A stretch of DNA of 7,774 nucleotides, taken from contig JADGIF010000488.1 in assembly GCA_018985225.1 (NCBI GenBank), forward strand, positions 1 through 7,774, given 5' to 3'. Source of the stretch: Amoeboradix gromovi X-113. Lineage: Eukaryota; Fungi; Sanchytriomycota. Numbering within the stretch: the first letter of the stretch is position 1; every line of letters begins with the position of its first letter. The notes under the pieces are model-generated. The model was not told the origin of the DNA, did not search any database, and saw nothing but the letters and a program-made list of their open reading frames with translations. Both the position numbers and the translations under genes were made by a program. Shown one piece after another: positions 1 through 7,443 of this stretch.

Positions 1-110
1 AATGAGAGAATCTTGGTATAACAGATGAAGATCTTTAATTAATGATAGCATTTCCTCCGTATGGAGCACCTTTAAAAACGAGTTAGTCTAGTTTTTATAT
101 TTGGTGTCCC
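1..110. mobile_element. End of a second copy of the Sola-like DNA transposon family, extending left out of the window
   Basis: The reverse complement of 81-110 nearly matches the terminus at 5379-5409. Recognisable recombinase similarity ends here and the frame stops at a TAG inside the repeat. Confidence 0.65.
81..110 (-). repeat. Terminal inverted repeat, copy 1 (minus strand GGGACACCAAATATAAAAACTAGACTAACT)
   Basis: Differs from 5379-5409 by one substitution and one 1-bp indel in the A run. Confidence 0.88.
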
Positions 111-623
111 CAATCAGCATGTCAGCATACTCCAATCGTAATGGTGGCACATGGAAATAAAGGGGATTAAACTATCACTTTTTGCAGTTGAAGCATCTGC
201 TCAATCGAGGAACCACACGCTTTCAAATTTATATAATTTTGTATTTCACGATTCAATATTTCCCTAAAACACTCCCAAGTTCCAAGTTAGCCAGTTTTCT
301 TTCATGACATCCGTCATTTCCTGTTTATCATCATGCTCTACTCTTTTATCGTTAAGTCCTTCAATGGTCCTCAAATAGGCTGACTTAGCTGTTTCGGTCA
401 ATACAAATGGTTTATCTTTTATTTCTTTTCCATGCAACGGTAAAAGTCCAATATAATAATTTCTTCGAGTTGTTTCTTTTAGTGTGTCACCAGTAGTACC
501 TTTTCGTCTATCTATAAAAACTCTCACGTCATCTGGATTATTAATATCCACATCTGCATTCTTTAACCTCCTATAAATGCCAAGATACTGTTTTATTGAA
601 GATTTCTCTTGATTGTTTCCCAT
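111..623 (-). pseudogene. Tyrosine recombinase/integrase-like pseudogene (Polinton-like virus, virophage or NCLDV type), truncated by transposon insertion
   Basis: ORF 264-623 (SSIKQYL...TTRRNYY...KENWLTW) continues if one copy of a 7-bp duplication (275-288) is removed, giving WECFREILNREIQNYINLKACGSSIEQMLQLQKVIV*S. After a +1 shift in the G4 run at 162-165 it reads LYFHVPPLRLEYADMLI. The order ENW..W, then LY..xPPxR.(D/E)Y..M, resembles the region around the first catalytic Arg of these viral YR proteins. Confidence 0.65.
275..288. repeat. 7-bp tandem duplication CCAAGTT-CCAAGTT causing a frameshift
   Basis: Directly visible at 275-281 and 282-288. Removing one unit restores the frame. Confidence 0.85.
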
Positions 624-1362
624 TAGCTATATAAAACAAAAAAAACTAGTTATAGTTTCCCACACATCTAGAATATGGTCTCTCACTAAAAAACTTATAG
701 AACAATGGACTTTACTCGGGATATTTTCTAACAATCTATTTTGTATTCAAGTGAGATATCTTATGGTTACTATCGAGTTCTTTAAGTTATAAAAACTATT
801 TATTTTATTTTAGCAATTTGTACACCGTTTCCTGTAGTTCATGTAGTATGCAGATGGATGGATATTTTGATAGTTTCTCTTTTATTTTGTGCCATTAATT
901 GTTATTCCTTTATCGTACCCGGGTGGTAATCCGAAAACTGCAAGGATCTCTGTAATCAACAACTAATTTAATCGCATAACACAAATATATACTGGGTTAT
1001 CACACTGGTATTGTCATTTCAGTTAATATTTTAGGGACCCAATTACGATCTTTACCCTATCATACTGCTAATTGTATTTCTTTAAGATATTTTATCAGAC
1101 ATTATCCTCATATTCTGGAATCACCATATCGGAAAACACTGTTCAGCATTGACAAAATATTTCTAAAAAAAGTGACCGAAATTATTCAAATTTTTGATAC
1201 TCGAAAATCTGAAATTTTTACAAATTGTTTTTGAGTCTAAAAAAATAACTTCAAAGCCTCTCCATTTTCTTTCTAGAAATTAGAATAAACAGGTAATGCA
1301 GGAATCCAAGGCCTAGTAATAGGATTCGAGGTCTTCAAATACCACTGCCGGTTCACAACGGA

Positions 1363-1845
1363 ATGATAATCATTTTACTAATTATGGCAAGCTGTCTACC
1401 CATGTCTGGCCGATTCCTCCAGAAAAAACCCCGTGGTGGAGCTCCAAATTTACAAAGCTCCACAAGAACTGCTCCGCAGGAATCTTTATCAGCTTTTCGG
1501 AATTTTGAGCAAAATAGGCAGGGCTTGCTTGATAGGACAACTGCATTAGGTGCAGAGACAAAAATATTTAACAATGAGAGGCTATCTGGTCCCAATAATG
1601 ATCCCTTTGGTCACTCGCTTAAATGGGCAGGATTGAACGAGAAAATTAGTGCACACAGAAATAGTTGGGAATATTGGCTTAAATCAGAACTGCTGCCTCA
1701 GCATCATGCCGAAGTTCATCCAGTTGCTTTAGATCAACTGAAATCGCTAAAAGATATCCAAAGTCTTCATTCTAGTCATCCAGATATGCCAATAATATCC
1801 AGGACTATTAATAACCATGTCGCACTACATTACAGTCAGAAGTGA
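1363..1845 (+). CDS. Hypothetical small secreted protein, 160 aa
   Basis: ATG-initiated uninterrupted ORF with a hydrophobic N-terminus (MIIILLIMASC/LP) resembling a signal peptide. AATAAA follows at 1888-1893. No recognisable domain. Confidence 0.6.
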   Translation: MIIILLIMASCLPMSGRFLQKKPRGGAPNLQSSTRTAPQESLSAFRNFEQNRQGLLDRTTALGAETKIFNNERLSGPNNDPFGHSLKWAGLNEKISAHRNSWEYWLKSELLPQHHAEVHPVALDQLKSLKDIQSLHSSHPDMPIISRTINNHVALHYSQK

Positions 1846-1887
1846 TTTGCTAGTCGTAAAGAGATGGGGTAATATGAGCAAAATAGA

Positions 1888-1904
1888 AATAAACAACGTT
1901 TATT
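1888..1904. terminator. Back-to-back polyadenylation signals AATAAA-caacg-TTTATT for two convergent genes
   Basis: AATAAA on + at 1888-1893 and on - at 1899-1904, within the 67-bp gap between the two stop codons. Confidence 0.5.
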
Positions 1905-1912
1905 ATACAATT

Positions 1913-3025
1913 CTATAATTTTGAACCTACTATGTCATCCCATTCTGAGTCACCCAATTTCTGTTTTACTTCGCTTAATAGCCGAGGTATAATTCCAATC
2001 CCATTGTAAACCATTCCTGTATAAATCTGAACTGCATTGCATCCCATTTCGGCCAGCTCTATTATCTGATCACTGGTGGTAATACCACCACATCCTATAA
2101 TCTGCAGTTCTTTAGACTTGATTTCATTCTTCAATTCATTGCAGAACCTTCCCAAGGTGCTCTTCATGATAGGGTACAATGGTTTACCACTTAGACCTCC
2201 TGTTTCTTTAGCAAATTCACCGTCAACAGGCTTTTGAATTGTGGTATTGCTAATTATTAAACCTTTGATGAAACTATACTGCTTGACCACGCTGCAAATA
2301 TCAGATATGTCTTCGTCATGAAGATCCGGCGCTACTTTTAATAAAACCGGTTTAGATGCATGTGACTTTAAATCCTTAAAAAGCTGATTTAATTGTCTTT
2401 TACCTTGCAAGGCACGTAAGCCTGGTGTATTTGGACTACTAATATTAATCACCAAATAATCCGCATATTTGGAAAAGGTATCCATACCTTGGATATAATC
2501 ATCACTAGCAGATTCCTGAGGATATTTATTTTTACCAAGATTGACACCAAAGAGTTTCGTTTCTGGTAATTTGATACATTTTATCCTTGACTCTACGATA
2601 TCGTGGCCATCTGAATTAAATCCATATCTGTTAATTACCGCTTCTTCGTTTACAATACGAAAAACTCGAGGTTTCTCGTTACCTTCTTGTGGACAAGGCG
2701 TTATACTACCAATCTCAATTATGCCGAACCCAAGGTTTGCCAGATTGGTGATTGATTCACCATTTTTTGAGTATCCGGCAGCTATTCCTATGGGGCTATC
2801 CAACCTTTTGCCCAGTAGAGTACATGGGATGGTAGTGCTGGCGCGGTGCAGTTGAAAAATGGAAGATAATCGCAAAGACCATACATGGGCATCCTCTGGG
2901 TCAATCTGACGAAGGGCCCGTCCAATAAGATCATGGATGCGAGCGTTTGGATGTTTGGAATAGTCATAAAGTAAATAAATAGAAAGCAAAGTAGCAGTCC
3001 ATTTGAGTGGTGATTGGAACTGCAT
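1913..3025 (-). CDS. URA9: Dihydroorotate dehydrogenase (quinone), class 2, mitochondrial type, 370 aa, intronless
   Basis: Motifs DPEDAH, PIGIAAG, EIGSITP.PQEGN..PRVFR, INRYGFNS.GH, GVNLGKNK, VINISSPNTPGLR (catalytic Ser), KVAPDL, SNTT, GGLSGKPL, GGI and VQIYT, plus an N-terminal transmembrane segment. The first in-frame ATG is at 3025; the ORF-track start at 3055 is a TTG. Confidence 0.97.
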   Translation of the reverse strand: MQFQSPLKWTATLLSIYLLYDYSKHPNARIHDLIGRALRQIDPEDAHVWSLRLSSIFQLHRASTTIPCTLLGKRLDSPIGIAAGYSKNGESITNLANLGFGIIEIGSITPCPQEGNEKPRVFRIVNEEAVINRYGFNSDGHDIVESRIKCIKLPETKLFGVNLGKNKYPQESASDDYIQGMDTFSKYADYLVINISSPNTPGLRALQGKRQLNQLFKDLKSHASKPVLLKVAPDLHDEDISDICSVVKQYSFIKGLIISNTTIQKPVDGEFAKETGGLSGKPLYPIMKSTLGRFCNELKNEIKSKELQIIGCGGITTSDQIIELAEMGCNAVQIYTGMVYNGIGIIPRLLSEVKQKLGDSEWDDIVGSKL

Positions 3026-3111
3026 GTGTTTCAGAATAGGGAACCGAATAAACAATGTAGGCTTATAAAAATAGAGTTAAAATAAGAAATTTTGCGAGAT
3101 TCTGCAGCGAC

Positions 3112-3134
3112 AAAAAATAATGTAAGAAGCAAAA
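3112..3134 (-). terminator. RNA polymerase III terminator T-runs downstream of the tRNA
   Basis: T4 immediately 3' of the tRNA (3131-3134) and T6 at 3112-3117 on the minus strand. Confidence 0.55.
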
Positions 3135-3215
3135 TGACAGAAGTGAGGTTCGAACTCACGCCTCTTGCGAGACCAGAGCCTAAATCTGGCGCCTTAACCA
3201 CTCGGCCATCCTGCC
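3135..3215 (-). tRNA. tRNA-Leu, anticodon TAG, no intron, no encoded CCA
   Basis: Minus strand GGCAGGATGGCCGAGTGGTTAAGGCGCCAGATTTAGGCTCTGGTCTCGCAAGAGGCGTGAGTTCGAACCTCACTTCTGTCA. Acceptor stem GGCAGGA/TTCTGTC, anticodon arm CCAGA-TTTAGGC-TCTGG, long variable arm, TTCGAAC T-loop. Confidence 0.97.
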
Positions 3216-4573
3216 ATAAAGGCTAGGTTTTAATTTATAATATAATTCGCGTTTATGCGGCAGTTTAAGTAACCCACTCTGTTATTTTGCATTTGGTGCT
3301 AAAAATTTTAAGACTCGCTGTGTTTCAAAACTTAAGACCCGAGGCTAGATTTTTCAGTTAATTCACGAAAAATCCATTTTTAGTACATGTTTACATTGTG
3401 GGTGATGCCCACTCATTATCCTCAAAAAGCGTCATTTGACTACTTCTGCTGAGAAATCACAGAATCTTCATCCTAACTAGCCAATAAGTCTTTACTGAAT
3501 TAGATAAAAAAGTATCTCTGTTGAACTATAAATTTTATTAATATTCATCTTCTTACGCCACTGCGCTTACATAAAGCAGGCCATAGGGAGCTAGTACAAA
3601 CATCGAACTCAAAAATAAAACGCATTTTAATATCCAAAGCTGCTAATGTAAGTGCATGGTTCCTTTAGCACAATCATCACTAAGTTTTCGGGATTTTCTC
3701 TTTCCGTATCGCAAAAGTATAAAAAGATTTAAAAGCTCTAATGTCAGGTTCCCATGGATCATCTTTTTTCAGCTAATGGTAAATGACTCATTCTTAGTTC
3801 TTCTTTCGCTTATCTGTGTAAATTCATCCCATGGAAGTGACTCGTCTTTTCCTATGTTACGCCACTAGAAGTGTTGGTCTCCAAAAACATTAGAATTTCA
3901 TAGAGAATGCTTTAGCTAATCTGTTACAATGCCTGCTTATGCTTCTACTGCTCTGATGCGGGTTAAGGATGCATATACTTCAAGTACATGCTAATCGTTG
4001 CCATAGGTTCTATTTAATTGTAAAAGACCACTTGAAATTTTTCTGGTGGATGTGAAGTTCTAAGACTAAGTACTGGCCGGTAGTTCGAGAGCATAATTTT
4101 GTTCCCTGGAGTATACTTTCGCAAATAGGATGATATCTCTTACGGGCGATGTGGAAATACGCAATAACTCTCGAATCCCTAGTATAAGGTACAGTGATCT
4201 GTTTCCTGATGACGAGGCATCAATCAATTTACTTTAAAAGACCGGTTCTATATCACCCTTTCATATCTGTAAATTTGACATATTCTGGTTGTGGTAATTA
4301 GGATACATTTGTCTTGAATGAAAAGATAGATTATCGAGTCTTAACGCGATTGCTAACATCTAAAAGAGAAGGTATTGAATACAACTAATGTAATCACAAA
4401 AATAATTTATTCAATACAATCGATATTTGCTTGTATACAACCTTATTTGGACCGTGTTAATTGCTCATATTAATTTTTGGAGTCTATTAAAGGATAAGGG
4501 TGGTCAAAATTTGACAAGCGTATTTGCAGCAATATCCTCTTTCAGTTTTTCAAAGTCTCTCCAAACACGGAAA

Positions 4574-5065
4574 ATGAATGTCCAATCTGTTCATGTTCCA
4601 GCTCATGTAGTATTGCAAATACAGCATAACATCACTGCGCATATTATAGGATATTGTAAGGATGAAGTGGCTTACGTAACTCAGATTTGTCCCACGGTAC
4701 CACCAAATCAAAATACGGCATCTTCCCAATTTCAGCAAGTATATCTAAGTTATTTGTCAACATCGCATGCATATGGAATCCCCATAGGATGGACACTAAA
4801 AGGAGAGCTATTTCCCCAAACTAGAAACTTTCACAAGCAACTGAATCAGGCGTTATTTGGAGCAATATTAATCCAGTACGTGAACCGTAGATTGGTGGCA
4901 TTTAATGGGGAGTTTGAGGAAATTAATTTGGTAGTCGAAAGTAATCCATTACTCACTTCATATATTTTACAAAATGACAACGCCATGCTCTCTTACTCAA
5001 ATGCGGATAATGATGAGGATATTTTGAAAGCCCTAAAGAAACCCATAAATGGAGAGACTCTATGA
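4574..5065 (+). CDS. Divergent, shortened MPN-domain protein, most similar to translation initiation factor eIF3 subunit H, 163 aa
   Basis: Segments align by eye with eIF3h: VQSVHVPAHVVLQI ~ VKQVQIDGLVVLKI, IIG...AYVTQICP ~ LLG...LEITNCFP, QFQQVYLSYL ~ QYQMEMMRSL, IGW ~ VGW, FEEINLVVESNPLL ~ FEEVPIVIKNSHLI and EDILKALKKP ~ EDLSKLFKP. The first ATG is at 4574; the ORF-track start at 4427 is a TTG. Confidence 0.68.
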   Translation: MNVQSVHVPAHVVLQIQHNITAHIIGYCKDEVAYVTQICPTVPPNQNTASSQFQQVYLSYLSTSHAYGIPIGWTLKGELFPQTRNFHKQLNQALFGAILIQYVNRRLVAFNGEFEEINLVVESNPLLTSYILQNDNAMLSYSNADNDEDILKALKKPINGETL

Positions 5066-5378
5066 AAAAAACATATAACTTAGTAAATCTCTTCTATTGC
5101 AGCACAGAGTCTTCTTTAACTATAAGTCTACAAGTAATATTCAAGACTATGGACCGAAGACTTTTCCCAAGCTGCAAGTTCTTTTAGTCAAAACGTAAAA
5201 AGTATTGCAAGCTGAAGTATCATGAATAACGAAGTGTCGTATTTGGCAACACAGGTGCTACAATAGTGCAATTTAAGGTCTTGTTAAAGAAATTGCCAAT
5301 TATAGATGGCAGCGTCGACTTTGACCCGTTTAATTAGCTTGATTCATTATGATAATAGTAGCCATCATGATTACATAA

Positions 5379-5409
5379 GGGACACCAAGTATAAAAAACT
5401 AGACTAACT
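5379..5409 (+). repeat. Terminal inverted repeat, copy 2 (GGGACACCAAGTATAAAAAACTAGACTAACT)
   Basis: Inverted near-identity to 81-110. Lies just beyond the 3' end of the transposase pseudogene. Confidence 0.88.
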
Positions 5410-5569
5410 GCACCCAGCCAATCAAATCAAGACATTTTATTTATTCGAATATAAAAAATAGATCAGCTCATTGGACCAATGAAATCGAGTATTTTCACTA
5501 ATTCAAATATAAAAACTAAATCAAATCATTTGACCAATCACGCTTTTTGAATCAAAAATAGTTTATCAA

Positions 5570-7422
5570 TTATAAACCCCGAGAGGTGGTGGTTGGTTCA
5601 TCAACAAGATAAACAAGTTTCATATAAAATAGGCTTAAATGAAAATCAATTTATTTAAAAGTCTCTTGAAACTTGCCAATGGCTGAAATGTCTATGAAGA
5701 TCAAATCTAATTTAGATCGGTAGTCTTTGAAGCGACGACTTGGGAATACTTTACATTCATTGGTGACAGACGACGTCTCAACAAGACTTTTCACTTGATC
5801 CAAATTAAAGATATTTTCTCTTGCAAATTTCTTTTTGATATGACCAAAGCCACTATCAGGACTAAATTTGGTGTGACCCTTCATCATAAATTTAAATTCA
5901 ATGGTATTACATTTTTGGAGTAGGCACATCCAACTGAGTGATTTAATAATGGTGTTGTTCTTGTTTTGACCAACACAATTGTCTGCATGTAAAATCAAAT
6001 TCATACGTTGTTCTTTTGGTAAGCAGTAAATGTAATCTAATAGCAAGGTTGCTACATTATTACTAGCCTTTTTGCACTGGTCTTCTCTGTAAATGTAATT
6101 CATTTGACAATGATGTGTCTCATTGTGGATGCCAAACAAATTGACATTTAATAAACTTAGAAAATACAAGTCACTTGGTTGGTCGTGTAATTGTGGCAAA
6201 CTCAGATTCTGACTATAGTCAAATGAAATGTGTGCAAAGTTGTCACGAAGGTGATCATTATTCTAGTCAAGTCTTGCTAATTTTTCTTGCTGTAAATGCT
6301 CCTGAAACGCGGTTGTTAATTCTAAAGTAGCACTTTCTGATAGATCTTGTACATTTAGTTGCTCACGAAATACTGGTCAAGTATCACAGATATCTGTCTT
6401 TCCAGACTTTATTTTAATATTACCACAAAGCTTAAAATTTTTTCTGAATGTTTCTACATTGATATTCAAGGTACTATCGTCACGTGAGTAAATGCCATGT
6501 AATTTGACAATGGTCAGATCAGCTGGTAACCACAAGATGTTTGTGTCACGTACACGTCTGGTTCGATCGCTACGCGTGTACATTCTACCAGGTCTTGGTT
6601 CACCATTTTCATTTGCAAATGTTTTGGTCCAACTGATAATACTTTCTTTCTCTTCAAATGTAAATGCGTGCAAGAATACCTTGTGCTATGAGTCTGTCAA
6701 ATGGGGCCTGTTATGACCCTGTAAGAAGTCTGAGACACAAAGTCCTGTCTGCGAATCATAATGTCTGGGACAGAGGATTGTACAGGAACAGCGAACCAAT
6801 CAAGTACCATAGGGGCAAGCACGGTATGCAAGTTATGGGTATGAATAGGCGACAAATCTTTAGTAAACAATCTATTTATTATGAGCATTGACTTTAGTAA
6901 CAAAAACATCTTGCAAGCAAATAAGGATAAGGACCAAGGATTAGGTCCGGCCTCAGTAAATACTTTACACCTTGTCTATGCTGCCATGAATTCTTTTGGT
7001 CCACTTTACTTCCATGCTACTAATAATATTTTGCAATCATTTTTTTGATTGGAGATGGACACCAATTTACCAATTGGAAAAACGTAATACTCAAACACTT
7101 TTCCTCTTGCGTGTTGTTCTTTTTGACAAGACACAAGTATTCCTTTCAATAGTAATTCTTGTTCGTGTTTTCCCATTGGCTGAAATTTGTTTTTGAATGT
7201 TGTCAAATCTTCTGGCGAAACGTGATTGATGCATCTCTTTGTACAACAAACAATGGTACTACAATCTTGCAGCCACAGCTGTATATCAAAGGTTTCTTAC
7301 TCAATGTCTTCTTGTTCATTGTGTTGTTGAGATTCTTCTTCTTCATTGTAATTGACAACTAAATCACCATTTGCATCAAATCTAAACAATGAATCTTGTG
7401 AATGAAATGGATTCTGTGACAT
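5570..7422 (-). pseudogene. Sola-like DDD transposase pseudogene
   Basis: ATG at 7422 gives MSQNPF...EDIE*ETFD...VCCTKRC...EQELLLKGIL...FEYYVFPIGK. After a break, one frame runs from ~6685 to 5651: HAFTFEEK...GEPRPGR...LWLPADLT...KTDICDT*...HL...ARLD*...HISFDYSQNLSLP...QPSDLYF...FGI...LILHADNCVGQNKN...GHTKFSPDSGFGHIKK. In-frame stops are at 7297-7299, 6377-6379 and 6263-6265. The C-terminus is degenerate (QPPPLGV near 5575-5597). Candidate catalytic aspartates are in SFDY, ADNC and SPDS. Confidence 0.85.
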
Positions 7423-7443
7423 TTAAAAATAAGAATTGATCTC

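Noticed and set aside
1270-1285. TTCTAGAA heat-shock-element-like palindrome upstream of the secreted ORF
   Set aside because: Only two good nGAAn units, which is expected by chance in AT-rich DNA.
1353-1595. 80-aa minus-strand ORF
   Set aside because: Antisense shadow of the 160-aa ORF with no recognisable features.
2541-2855. 104-aa plus-strand ORF
   Set aside because: Antisense to DHODH.
3553-3866. 10-bp direct repeat TTACGCCACT at 3553 and 3857
   Set aside because: Only two copies and no inverted termini between them. Not a CRISPR array or a convincing target-site duplication.
3656-3868. 70-aa plus-strand ORF
   Set aside because: Short with no motif. Its F/S/L-rich composition suggests the antisense of decayed coding DNA.
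4060-4125. Minus-strand PGNKIMLSNYRPVLSL resembling the LINE reverse-transcriptase NYRPISL motif
   Set aside because: No further RT motifs follow in any frame, so it is probably chance.
4427-4573. N-terminal extension of the 212-aa ORF
   Set aside because: Starts at TTG. MPN similarity begins right at the ATG at 4574.
4550-4738. 62-aa minus-strand ORF
   Set aside because: Antisense to the eIF3h-like gene.
6492-7362. Short plus-strand ORFs (6492-6716, 6664-6891, 6996-7196, 7159-7362)
   Set aside because: Antisense to the transposase pseudogene or inside its filler segment, with no recognisable domains.
1913-7422. Stop-codon reassignment (e.g. TAA/TAG = Gln) as an explanation for the many in-frame stops
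   Set aside because: DHODH has 370 codons with no internal stop and ends on TAG at the expected position. The transposase stops fall at positions expected to be different residues and occur together with frameshifts.
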